Shown here piece by piece: positions 49,031 to 58,051 of a stretch of 64,000 bases of DNA. The notes beneath the pieces were generated by a model. The model was not told the origin of the DNA. It searched no databases and worked only from the letters and a program-made list of their open reading frames with translations. A program made the position numbers and the translations under genes. The stretch lies in contig OY782041.1 of assembly GCA_963677595.1 (NCBI GenBank), positions 1,408,001 to 1,472,000 of the forward strand, read 5' to 3'. The first letter of the stretch is position 1; every line of letters begins with the position of its first letter. The stretch comes from Spirochaetia bacterium (lineage in GTDB: Bacteria; Spirochaetota; Spirochaetia; CAKZLE01).

Positions 49031-50137
49031 TCACAAGCCCCCTGCCGATTCCAGGGCCGCGACCGATGCAGCCAGCGAGCGGATCCCGTCTTCCACGGTC
49101 GCGGTCACCGGTTCCCCGGCTGCGATAGCCCTGCAGAACTCCTTCACCATCTCCCGTATGTTGAACGGCTCGGTCGCCTCCTCCCCGTAGGTGGTCACCT
49201 CCGCATCCTTCGGCCCATCCCCCGGCTTCCCGACGGAGACGATCCCGAGGTAGTCAGTAGCCCCGTTATCGAGGGAGGAGTAGACTTCCTCCTTCAGCCC
49301 CGCCCATGCGGTGCCGTCAGCCCCATGGATGGTCAGCTGGAGGCTGAAATCGAAGCCGGTGAGGGCATGGGAGACCTGGAAGATCCCCCCATCCTCGTAC
49401 CGCCCCTGAATGTAGGCGACATCCTCGAAGTCGAAGTCGTCATGGACCCCGGAGGCCGTCACGCAGTGTATAGTGCCGATCTCCTTCGAGGTGATGAAAC
49501 GGGCCAGGTCGAACCAGTGGCAGGTCTCCTCGATGATGAGGCCTCCTGAGAACTCCCGCTGCTGGATCCAATGGTTCCATTTATCACGCCTGAAGGGGGT
49601 CCTGAAGTGGTAGAGGGAGAAGGCCTCAACCCTGCCTATCCTGCCTGAGTCGACGATCTGTTTCAGCTGCTGTACTACCGGGTTCATCCGGAACTCATAG
49701 CCGATGCAGACCTGCTTCCCATAGGCTTCCGCCAGCCTCCCGATCTCGTGTGCATCCTCCATGGTGATGGCGACCGGCTTCTCAAGCATGATGTGCTTGC
49801 CTGATTCCATGACCCGTCTCAAGTGCCCTGCATGGAGGTAATCAGGCGTGCAGATGCTCACAATGTCAATCTCCGGGTCTTCCAGGATCGAATCCATGGA
49901 ATCTGTCGTTCTTACCCCTATATCCTCCCATCGCCTGCCAAGCAGTTCTTCCTTGAACAGGGGCTTGAGGCAGAGCATGCTCCCCTGCTCGAAGGTTCCC
50001 CCTACCGAGGCAAGGCGCCCCGGTATGAGGTCACAGACTGCTGCAAGCTCTGCGTATTCACTCTCCAGGTAGCCCGCGACATGGGCCATCCCGATCCCCA
50101 GGCCGATCACTGCGGCTTTTTTCTTCTCTATACTCAT
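49031..50137 (-). CDS. Gfo/Idh/MocA NAD-dependent oxidoreductase
   Basis: VIGLGIG, CTPDYLH, LEKP, SGGLIIEETCHWFD. Confidence 0.88.
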   Translation of the reverse strand: MSIEKKKAAVIGLGIGMAHVAGYLESEYAELAAVCDLIPGRLASVGGTFEQGSMLCLKPLFKEELLGRRWEDIGVRTTDSMDSILEDPEIDIVSICTPDYLHAGHLRRVMESGKHIMLEKPVAITMEDAHEIGRLAEAYGKQVCIGYEFRMNPVVQQLKQIVDSGRIGRVEAFSLYHFRTPFRRDKWNHWIQQREFSGGLIIEETCHWFDLARFITSKEIGTIHCVTASGVHDDFDFEDVAYIQGRYEDGGIFQVSHALTGFDFSLQLTIHGADGTAWAGLKEEVYSSLDNGATDYLGIVSVGKPGDGPKDAEVTTYGEEATEPFNIREMVKEFCRAIAAGEPVTATVEDGIRSLAASVAALESAGGL

Positions 50138-50142
50138 AGTTA

Positions 50143-51066
50143 TTATTCCTTCTCATCTCTGAACAATTCCATGCAGTTCTGCAGGAACATCGAATATGTC
50201 ACATCCTCAGGCAGCCCTAGCGACCTGACCGAGGCCTCTCCGTCGTCACCCCATGGATAGGGATCGTCTAGCATCTCATGAGAGCTGAGGAAGGTATGTA
50301 TCCTCTGCACGGTCCGGCTGTTCTCCTCTACAGACATCCAGGGAAAGAGTTTATCCGTTTTACTGAAGAACATGGCATCACTCCCGAAGAGGATCCTCTC
50401 CCGGTACCTGGTGAAGAACTCAATTGACTCCTCCCGCTGGTTCGAGAGTACCCGGTAGAACCAGCGTCCGGGAGCCGTATCAAGGGAGAGATTCTGGTGC
50501 CGGTCCATGATCGCAGAGAGTTCCCCCAGGTCGCCACCTGAGAGGAACAGCAGGTGGGCACAGATGACGTTCGTCCCCGGACAGCGTCCGAGCAGCTGCT
50601 CGAACTGCGCGATATACCAGCTGAAGGGAGGATAGTCCTTTGCATACATTCCACCCTTCTCCCAGAATGCAGGGGGATCAGCTGCATGGACCAGAACCGG
50701 CATGCCGAGTTCCCCTGCCGCACAGACAGCCTCCTCGATCTCCCCTGAGACCATCTGCATACCGTGGGCTCTCCCGATCGAGGGTTTCCCGATCCAGAGC
50801 TTCAGCCCGGAGAACCCTGCAGTCTGCAGGTCCCTGACCTGCCCTACAGCCCCTCGCTCCCCGATCCTCCCGTACTCCAGGCAGCCGTAGCCGAAGAACC
50901 GGGATGGGTCACGTTCGAGGGCATACAGGATCGCCGGGTTGTAAGAGGTACCGTCTGCCTTCGGCAGCGATACCAGGCCAGCCCGTTCTATCCCGTTGAG
51001 GTCACAGAAGGAGACGAGATCCCCATACCGTTGGGTTTCACAGAAATGGACATGTGCATCGATCAT
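50143..51066 (-). CDS. Amidohydrolase (Amidohydro_2 type)
   Basis: IDAHVH, GLKL, VLVHAADP, ICAH, RILFGSD. Confidence 0.85.
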   Translation of the reverse strand: MIDAHVHFCETQRYGDLVSFCDLNGIERAGLVSLPKADGTSYNPAILYALERDPSRFFGYGCLEYGRIGERGAVGQVRDLQTAGFSGLKLWIGKPSIGRAHGMQMVSGEIEEAVCAAGELGMPVLVHAADPPAFWEKGGMYAKDYPPFSWYIAQFEQLLGRCPGTNVICAHLLFLSGGDLGELSAIMDRHQNLSLDTAPGRWFYRVLSNQREESIEFFTRYRERILFGSDAMFFSKTDKLFPWMSVEENSRTVQRIHTFLSSHEMLDDPYPWGDDGEASVRSLGLPEDVTYSMFLQNCMELFRDEKE

Positions 51067-51902
51067 CTCAGGGCGAACTCCGGCGTACCCGCCACGATCG
51101 GCGTCACATAATACTTGATAGCAGGATGTCCCTGCACCAGGGTCACGGGGAATTCAGGGGTCGGTTCGGTAAGCAGCGCCTTCCTGAAGACCGATGCCTG
51201 CCAGGGTCGGTTGAAGAAGATCTGGAGCTTCCGTGCCCCTGCGATCTGCTTCATCCCCACGGTAACCGCCCGTTTCGGTATCTCCTCGAACGCCCCCCGC
51301 AGGGCCGTGTTGGAGTTGATCGTGATCGTCTCCCGAGTCAGCTCCACTACCCGCGTGGGGAGATGGAGGAACTCCTCAGCCGTGATCTTCGCTTCACTGA
51401 TCGGTTCGTTGAAGGCAAGGTGCCCCACGATGCCCACTCCTGCATGACAGAGGTCGATACCGCCGAGCTCCTCGATCCTCGCATCATAGGCCCCTGGGTC
51501 TGCAGGGTCGGGGAAATGGATCTGTTCTGGATTCAGCCCGTACTGTTCAGGCATGGGATCGATCAGTTCCCGCCTGATGAAGCCCTGGAAGGAGAGGGGG
51601 TCGTCAGGATCTACCCTCAGATCGGTGCCGTCTTGGAGGTACTCATCCATGAAGAAGAGGTGGAGGTTCGAGAGGTCGATCGGCCGGTAGTCCAGCAGGG
51701 TGATGAACCTGCGGTACTGGAAGACCGGCCCGACCGGCATGATGCAGGTCGTAGGCTTCCCGAGAGCATTCTGCTCCTCGATCGTCTGGTACAGCGATAA
51801 CGCCATGTGGTAATAGAGGTCGATGTCTGACTCGACTGTCGTGATGTCAGACCCTGTCCGAGATGTGATCTCTTTTACTGTTGTGGAATAGATTGGATTC
51901 AT
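51063..51902 (-). CDS. Glucosamine-6-phosphate deaminase/isomerase-like protein (divergent NagB)
   Basis: FMDEY, GGIDL, GVGIVGHLAFNEP, PKRAVTVGM; PVGP replaces the usual TGST loop. Confidence 0.82.
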   Translation of the reverse strand: MNPIYSTTVKEITSRTGSDITTVESDIDLYYHMALSLYQTIEEQNALGKPTTCIMPVGPVFQYRRFITLLDYRPIDLSNLHLFFMDEYLQDGTDLRVDPDDPLSFQGFIRRELIDPMPEQYGLNPEQIHFPDPADPGAYDARIEELGGIDLCHAGVGIVGHLAFNEPISEAKITAEEFLHLPTRVVELTRETITINSNTALRGAFEEIPKRAVTVGMKQIAGARKLQIFFNRPWQASVFRKALLTEPTPEFPVTLVQGHPAIKYYVTPIVAGTPEFALR

Positions 51903-52060
51903 CTTCTTGCTCCTTTGCAGTGTGCAAGAAAGAAAATTAGCCCGGGCTTCGCCCAAACGCCTCCCGGTGACCTCGGATGGCCTTACCTGCCATTGATGAT
52001 CCCGGAATGGGACAAGGAGTGTCCGTATCGCAAGCTTACCATAGATGCAGTATTATGCAA
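51903..52060 (-). promoter_or_regulatory. Promoter and structured ~125-nt leader of the NagB-like operon
   Basis: Minus strand TTGCAT-16-TAAGCT (52060-52033); hairpins at 52010-52024, 51964-52005 and 51944-51954, then a T-rich run. Confidence 0.5.
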
Positions 52061-52062
52061 GG

Positions 52063-52091
52063 GGAAAAGCTGCTCTCGGAACAGCTTTTCC
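52063..52091 (-). terminator. Hairpin after the DASS gene
   Basis: GGAAAAGCTG-N9-CAGCTTTTCC; weak U-tract. Confidence 0.6.
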
Positions 52092-52100
52092 GCCAAGTAC

Positions 52101-53564
52101 CTAATATAATCCCGTCCCCAGCCCGACGAGGTAGACGACGCCGGAGAGGATGATCGACCCGAAGAGGGTCATGAGCAGTCCCGACTTCGCGAAGTCCGCG
52201 ATCGAGAAGTAGCCAGCCGAATAGGGGATGACGTTCGTGGGTGAGGAGGTCACCAGGATGAACGCAAGCGATGCCACCAGTGAGGCCGGCAGGGCCACGG
52301 AGAGCACCGGCAGTCCCAAGGCGACGGCCAACTCGATCATGATCGGGATGATGATCGTTGCCGTGACCGTGTTACTCGAGAAGACGATCTTCAGCAGCGA
52401 GATCATCAGCACGATCACGAACACCATCACGTACGACGGCAGGCTCCCGATGCCTGAGAGCAGTACCACCGACAGCCATCTCGCAGCTCCCGTCGTGTAG
52501 AGCATCATCCCCAGCGAGATACCCGTCACGATCAGGATGATCCCGCTCCACGATACCTGCGGCTCGATCTGCTTCCACGGAATACGCGATACCTTCGGCA
52601 GGAAGAACAGACAGGCGGTGAACATCACCGGCATCGAGATCGGGATGCTGATCCCCAGCCACTTCCCGAGCACCGGCGAACCGAGCCACAGCACCACCGT
52701 GATCAGGAAGAGCACCATTGTGATGATCTCCTCCCGCCCCATCGGCGGCAGGTCCCTCGACTCCTGCTTGAGCTCTTCCTTCGTCTTCGACAAGTGGCTC
52801 ATCTCCGGCTTGAAGAAGATCATCAGCGTCACCCAGGAGGCCGGGATCATCAACAGTGCCGCCGGCACCCCGTAGAGCATCCACTGCCCGAAGGTTACGT
52901 CATAGCCTGCCATATCCTTCAGGAATCCGATCGCCAACGCGTTCGGTCCCGCACCTGAGGGGGTCGCGATCCCCCCGATGATCGAGCCTTGCGCACACGC
53001 GATCAAGAGCGCTCTCCCGAAGTTGCTCTCCAGCGGCTTGATCCCTTCCTCTTCCAGGATCGCCACCGCCAGCGGCATCAGCATCGCCGCTACCGCCATG
53101 TTCGTGATCCACATCGACAGCAGACCACCTGCCAGCAGGAACCCGAAGAGGATGCTCTTCGTCGAGTTCCCCGTCTTCGAGAGGATCAGTACACCGATGC
53201 GTTTCCCCAGTCCCGATGTCGTGATGAACGCTGAGAGGATCAGTACCCCGATGAAGAACGTCACCGTGTTCGACCCGAACCCCTCTTTCACGATCACCTT
53301 GTAGGTATCTACCCGAAACAACGTCAGCAGCACGATCGACAGCATCCCCGTCACATGGAACGGGATCGCCTCGGTCATCCACAGCACCAGCGCGAAGGCC
53401 AGTACCCCCATCGCCGCCTGTCCGGTCACCGTCAACTCCGCACTCCCCACGATCCGCACCGAATCGGCGATCGGCATACTCTTCACCACCACCATCAGTA
53501 CGACCGCCAGCACGAAGTACAGCAGCTTCTTCGCATCTATCTTCTGTATCTCATTCAGGCTCAT
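52101..53564 (-). CDS. DASS/SLC13 anion transporter (candidate sulfoacetate exporter)
   Basis: WMTEAIP, SMWITN, GGIATPSGAGPN, FSSNT, SSPTN; last gene of the sqwD-ligase operon. Confidence 0.87.
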   Translation of the reverse strand: MSLNEIQKIDAKKLLYFVLAVVLMVVVKSMPIADSVRIVGSAELTVTGQAAMGVLAFALVLWMTEAIPFHVTGMLSIVLLTLFRVDTYKVIVKEGFGSNTVTFFIGVLILSAFITTSGLGKRIGVLILSKTGNSTKSILFGFLLAGGLLSMWITNMAVAAMLMPLAVAILEEEGIKPLESNFGRALLIACAQGSIIGGIATPSGAGPNALAIGFLKDMAGYDVTFGQWMLYGVPAALLMIPASWVTLMIFFKPEMSHLSKTKEELKQESRDLPPMGREEIITMVLFLITVVLWLGSPVLGKWLGISIPISMPVMFTACLFFLPKVSRIPWKQIEPQVSWSGIILIVTGISLGMMLYTTGAARWLSVVLLSGIGSLPSYVMVFVIVLMISLLKIVFSSNTVTATIIIPIMIELAVALGLPVLSVALPASLVASLAFILVTSSPTNVIPYSAGYFSIADFAKSGLLMTLFGSIILSGVVYLVGLGTGLY

Positions 53565-53578
53565 CGAGCTCTCCTCTC

Positions 53579-54463
53579 TCAGTCTTCCAGCAGTTCCTTC
53601 AGCAACTCTCCCACGAACCGCGGCCGTTCAGCCACCAGCCCGCCGGCTTCCGTCAAGGCAGCGATCTTCCCTTCCACCGTCCCTTTACCACCAGTCACGA
53701 TCGCTCCCGCATGGCCCATCCGCTTCCCTTTCGGTGCCGTACGGCCCCCTAAGAATGCCACCACCGGCTTCGTGAAGCTCCCGTCTGCCATCGCCTCGGC
53801 TACTTCCTCTTCCATCGTCCCGCCAAGCTCCCCGATGATCACCACCGCGTCGGTCGTCTCATCGGCTTCATAGAGCGGCAACATCTCGGCAAACCGCGTC
53901 CCCGGTACCGGGTCACCCCCGATCCCGATGAGCGAACTCACCCCAAAGCCTGCGGCGACTACCATCGCCGTCACCTCATTGGTCAACGACCCGCTTCGCG
54001 TCATGACCCCGATCCGTCCCGGCTTGTACACCCGATCGATCCAGTACGGGAACATCCCCATCATCGCCGATCCCGGGCTGATCACCCCAGAGGTGTTCCC
54101 ACCGACCACCATCGCCCCGCAGCTCTTCGCTGCAGCACGGATCTCCACCATCTCATGCAGCGGGATCCCGTCGGCGATCGTCACGATTTTTTTGATCCCG
54201 CCATCAAGTGCCTCGAAGACAGCATCTTTGGTGAACCGCGGTGGCACGAACAGCATCGCCGCATCCACCTCATGCTCTGCCACTGCCCGTCTCACCGAGT
54301 GGTAGACCGGCTTCCCGCAGACAGCCTGCCCTTCTTTCCCCGGCGTCACCCCGCAGGTCACCTGCGTCCCAAGATCTATCATATGGCCCGTCCAGAAGCT
54401 CCCCTCTTTCCCGGTGATCCCCTGCACGAGTACCTTCGTATCCCTGTCTATGAATATGCTCAT
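53579..54463 (-). CDS. sqwL: ADP-forming acid--CoA ligase alpha subunit (SucD-like; sulfoacetate--CoA ligase by context)
   Basis: VQGITG, GVTPGK, RSGSLT, GIGGDP, MGHAGA. GGNTSG replaces SucD GPNCPG. The K/L subunit naming is from memory. Confidence 0.78.
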   Translation of the reverse strand: MSIFIDRDTKVLVQGITGKEGSFWTGHMIDLGTQVTCGVTPGKEGQAVCGKPVYHSVRRAVAEHEVDAAMLFVPPRFTKDAVFEALDGGIKKIVTIADGIPLHEMVEIRAAAKSCGAMVVGGNTSGVISPGSAMMGMFPYWIDRVYKPGRIGVMTRSGSLTNEVTAMVVAAGFGVSSLIGIGGDPVPGTRFAEMLPLYEADETTDAVVIIGELGGTMEEEVAEAMADGSFTKPVVAFLGGRTAPKGKRMGHAGAIVTGGKGTVEGKIAALTEAGGLVAERPRFVGELLKELLED

Positions 54464-54468
54464 CTCTC

Positions 54469-55587
54469 TTAAGCTCCCTTCGCGATCGCCACGGCTTTCC
54501 GTACAGCCTCTTCCGTATCGAACAGCGGCTCGAGTCCTGCAGCTTGCAGGATCCTCACGGCCTCTTCCTCGTTCGTCCCACGGATGCACGTCACGATCGG
54601 CCGGTCCGGCTTCAGCTTCGTCATCGCTTCCACGATCCCCTCTGCCATCACGTCCGCCCGCGCGATCGTCCCGAAGGTCACCATCAGGATCACCTTCGAC
54701 TCGTTTTGCAGACACAGTTCCATCGCTCGCATCGCCTTCCGGTAGTTCGGCCCCCCGAACTCCAGGTAGTTCGCGACCTTCCCCCCTTCGTAGTTGATCA
54801 GGTCGTAGACGGTCGTCGTCAGTCCTGCCCCCGCACACATCAACGAGATGTCCCCGTCGAACTGCAGGTACGGGATCCCCTCTCTCGCTGCCTCGAACTC
54901 CATGTCGCTCTCGTAGTACTCCCGGGTCCGCTCATACCCCGGCTGCCGCTCCATCGAGTTCTCATCGATACTGAGCTTCCCGTCCCCAGCAAGCACCTGC
55001 CCCTCACTCGTGATGAACAGCGGGTTGATCTCCGCAAGCTCCGCATCACAGCTGGAGAAGACCTCGTAGAGCTGCATCACGATCTTCTTCACCTGCTTCG
55101 CCACCATACCCTCGCAGCCCAGCCGGTAGGCAAGGTCCCCTGCCTGGTACGGCTGCAGCCCCGCGGTGATGTCCACCGCCTCCTGGATGATCTTCTCAGG
55201 GTCACTCACCGCCAAGCTCTCGATCTCCACCCCGCCTTCTGCGCTCGCGATGATCAATGCAGACGGGGCCACCGGGTCGATCGTCACCGACAGGTAGATC
55301 TCACGGTCGATAGACACCGCTTCTTCCACCAGCAGCTTCTTCACCCCATGCTCGGAGGCAAACAACCGCTCGGCTTCAGATTTCGCTTCATCTGCCGTTC
55401 TCACGAACGGGATCAGTCCCGCCTTCCCGCGCCCGCCCCGCAGCACCTGCGATTTCAGCACGCACGGCAGCCCGACTTCCTCGATCGCTGCACGCACCTC
55501 TTCCACGCTCTCGGCCAGTATACCCTTCGGCGTCGGTATCCCGTGGGTCCGGAAGACCGCTTTCGCCTGGTATTCGAATAGTTTCAT
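54469..55587 (-). CDS. sqwK: ADP-forming acid--CoA ligase beta subunit (SucC-like; sulfoacetate--CoA ligase by context)
   Basis: MKLFEYQAK, GGRGKAG, AEINPL. CAGAGL, NYLEFGG and FGTIARAD deviate from SucC NGAGL, NFLDVGG and FGGIVRCD. Confidence 0.78.
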   Translation of the reverse strand: MKLFEYQAKAVFRTHGIPTPKGILAESVEEVRAAIEEVGLPCVLKSQVLRGGRGKAGLIPFVRTADEAKSEAERLFASEHGVKKLLVEEAVSIDREIYLSVTIDPVAPSALIIASAEGGVEIESLAVSDPEKIIQEAVDITAGLQPYQAGDLAYRLGCEGMVAKQVKKIVMQLYEVFSSCDAELAEINPLFITSEGQVLAGDGKLSIDENSMERQPGYERTREYYESDMEFEAAREGIPYLQFDGDISLMCAGAGLTTTVYDLINYEGGKVANYLEFGGPNYRKAMRAMELCLQNESKVILMVTFGTIARADVMAEGIVEAMTKLKPDRPIVTCIRGTNEEEAVRILQAAGLEPLFDTEEAVRKAVAIAKGA

Positions 55588-55592
55588 CGCTC

Positions 55593-57011
55593 TTATTCCC
55601 CGTACTTCTCTACGAATGCTCCAAACATCTCCTCATCACTCGGCTTCACCGGCGTGATCGGCTTCGAAAGCCATGTCACATTCAGGAAGTGCTTGTAGTT
55701 GATGTTCTCCGTCGTGATGTTCCCGCCCCACGTACCGCAGCCTAACGTTACCGTACTCGGCATCCCGTTGAAGAAGTTCCCCCCGTTCGCCGGCGCCTGC
55801 GGCTGGTTCACGATGATCCTCGAGGACTTCATGTGGGTCCCGAGGTAGTCGATGTATGCCTCCTTCTGCGTGAAGATCCCGCAGGAGTGTCCTGTCCCGT
55901 TGTTGTCCGTGATCTCTTTGAGCAGCGTATACCCCTCTTCGAAGTCTGCGTACTTCCATACCGTGAGCACCGGAGAGAGCTTCTCCTTCGCATACCGGTC
56001 TTCGGTGATCGGCCTCTTCCCCTCTACCACGAGCATCCGCTTCTCTGCAGGGATCGAAAGCCCTGCATCAGCTGCGATCACCTGCGCCGACTTCGCCACG
56101 ATCCCGGGGTTCAGGGCCACATACCCCTTCTTGTTCTCGACCCACATCCAGTGCTCTAACGTCTGCTTCTCTTCAGCCGAACACAGGTATCCGCCTTCTG
56201 CTTCCAGGAGTCTCATGAACTCGTCATAGATCGACTCTTGCACGATCACGGAGTTCTCCGACGAGCAGCTCGTCGCGTTGTCGAAGCATTTGCTCAATGC
56301 TACCTTCGCTGCCGCGTCGGCTACATCGGCATCCTCGGCGATGATCTGCACCGAGTTCCCCGGCCCTACCCCGTAGGCTGGCGTGCCCGATGAGTAGGCG
56401 GCCTTCACCATCGCGGAGCCCCCGGTCGCCAAGACCAGGTCCACCTTCGCCATCAGTTCCCCCGTGGCCGGGATCGACGGTTCTGCGATGATCTGGATGA
56501 GATCCTCAGGTGCCCCCACCTTCTTCAAGCCGGCACGCATGTACTCGACTGCCAGTGAGGAGGCTGCCTTCGACCGCGGGTGCGGTGCGAAGATCACCGC
56601 GTTCCGCCCTTTGAGCACGCTCACCGCGTTGCTCCCCGGCGTCGCCGTCGGGTTCGTCACCGGCGTCAATGCCCCGATGACCCCCACCGGCTTGGCATAC
56701 TTGAAGATCTGCTTCGCCTCATTCACCTCGATGAGCCCCACTGACTTCGCGCCTGAGTCCATCACGTCCTTCAGTACCCCGAGAATCTTCCCCTTGTGCT
56801 TCTTCACCTTGTCCTCGTAGTTCCCCATCCCCGTCTCCTCGACGGCCAATGCGGCGAGTTTCTCGATGTTCTCGTCCTTGTACACTTCCCATCCGATCGC
56901 CAAGCACACCTCGTCGATCTGCTCCTGGGTGTAGTCGGCTACCTGCGCCTGCGCGGCTCGGGCCTTCTCTACGAGTTCCGCGATCATATCCTGGGTTTCC
57001 TGCTCTGCCAT
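55593..57011 (-). CDS. sqwD: CoA-acylating sulfoacetaldehyde dehydrogenase (SauS/SqwD-type)
   Basis: PVTNP, ATGG, GVGPGN, SKCFDNATSCSSENS, EKLSPVL, LGCGTWGGN. Confidence 0.85.
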   Translation of the reverse strand: MAEQETQDMIAELVEKARAAQAQVADYTQEQIDEVCLAIGWEVYKDENIEKLAALAVEETGMGNYEDKVKKHKGKILGVLKDVMDSGAKSVGLIEVNEAKQIFKYAKPVGVIGALTPVTNPTATPGSNAVSVLKGRNAVIFAPHPRSKAASSLAVEYMRAGLKKVGAPEDLIQIIAEPSIPATGELMAKVDLVLATGGSAMVKAAYSSGTPAYGVGPGNSVQIIAEDADVADAAAKVALSKCFDNATSCSSENSVIVQESIYDEFMRLLEAEGGYLCSAEEKQTLEHWMWVENKKGYVALNPGIVAKSAQVIAADAGLSIPAEKRMLVVEGKRPITEDRYAKEKLSPVLTVWKYADFEEGYTLLKEITDNNGTGHSCGIFTQKEAYIDYLGTHMKSSRIIVNQPQAPANGGNFFNGMPSTVTLGCGTWGGNITTENINYKHFLNVTWLSKPITPVKPSDEEMFGAFVEKYGE

Positions 57012-57039
57012 GGTTTATACTCCTATCTATGATAATGTA

Positions 57040-57060
57040 TTACTTACTTCTAGTAAGAAA
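57040..57060. promoter_or_regulatory. Cluster operator upstream of sqwD
   Basis: TTACTTAC-TTCTA-GTAAGAAA. Confidence 0.78.
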
Positions 57061-57146
57061 CTATAGCACGAGAAGGGAATACTGTCTATGAAAAACCGTT
57101 TGAAATCTGTAATTACCTGGTTGTCAGTTAAGCAGGGAACAGGGAT

Positions 57147-57177
57147 CCATGGACTGAACAGTACGTTCAGTCCATGG
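57147..57177 (-). terminator. Perfect 13-bp hairpin after the ABC operon
   Basis: CCATGGACTGAAC-AGTAC-GTTCAGTCCATGG; no clear U-tract. Confidence 0.6.
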
Positions 57178-57186
57178 CTGTGGTCA

Positions 57187-58041
57187 TTATCCCTTCACCG
57201 CCCCTGCAGTCATGCCGCTGATGATGCGGTCATGGAGGAAGATGTAGACGAAGATCGTCGGGATCATCGTGATCACGATCGCGGCCAGCATGCTGGTGTA
57301 ATCGATGACGAACTGGCTCCGGAAGAACCTGATACCGAGCTGCAGTGTCCTTGAGGCCTCAGAGGAGGTGAGCAGCATGGCATAGGTGAACTCATTCCAG
57401 CAATAGATGAAGACGAGGGTTCCCGCGGTGACCAAGCCCGGCTTGGTCAAGGGGAACACGACCTTGGTGAACCTCTGGGCGAAGCTGCAGCCATCGATGA
57501 CGGCGGCTTCCTCCAGTTCTACAGGAATGGATCCCATGAACCCGTGGACGAGGAAGAGTGATACCGGGATGTTCATCGCCGCATAGGTGATGACCAGGCC
57601 CAGCAGGGTGTCATAGAGTCCGAAACCGCTGACGATCTTGAAATAGGGGACCATCAGCGCGATGATCGGGACGAGGACACCTGCGAGGATGACGTTGAGC
57701 AGGGTCTCATTGAACCGGAACTTCTCCCGCGAGATGGCGAACGCCCCCATGGCCGATACCACGAGGTTCAGGGCCATCGCGCAGGTGGAGACGATCGCTG
57801 AGTTCAGGAAGAGTCTCGGCAGACCTGCCATGTCGAGTGCCTTCGCATAGTTCTGGAACTGCCAGACTGCCGGAAGCGCAAAGGGCTGCGTCTCGAACTC
57901 GAGGTTCGTCTTGAACGACGAGATGATCAGCCAGATGATGGGTACAAAGGTCATGATCACGAAGAAGATGATATAGGCCCATTTCGCGATCTTGGCGATA
58001 TAGTCGACTGCAGTACGTTTCTGTAATGTGTTCTTTCCCAT
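57187..58041 (-). CDS. Carbohydrate ABC transporter permease (MalG-like)
   Basis: ELEEAAVIDG EAA loop, WNEF, GAVKG C-terminus. Confidence 0.92.
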   Translation of the reverse strand: MGKNTLQKRTAVDYIAKIAKWAYIIFFVIMTFVPIIWLIISSFKTNLEFETQPFALPAVWQFQNYAKALDMAGLPRLFLNSAIVSTCAMALNLVVSAMGAFAISREKFRFNETLLNVILAGVLVPIIALMVPYFKIVSGFGLYDTLLGLVITYAAMNIPVSLFLVHGFMGSIPVELEEAAVIDGCSFAQRFTKVVFPLTKPGLVTAGTLVFIYCWNEFTYAMLLTSSEASRTLQLGIRFFRSQFVIDYTSMLAAIVITMIPTIFVYIFLHDRIISGMTAGAVKG

Positions 58042-58051
58042 GATGCTCCCC

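Noticed and set aside
51903-52030. glmS ribozyme, ZTP riboswitch or SRP RNA upstream of the NagB-like gene
   Set aside because: The conserved cores of these RNAs were not found on the coding strand.
53579-55587. TCA-cycle succinyl-CoA synthetase sucCD
   Set aside because: Substrate-side motifs deviate, and the genes are operonic with a SauS-type dehydrogenase under the sulfoglycolysis operator.
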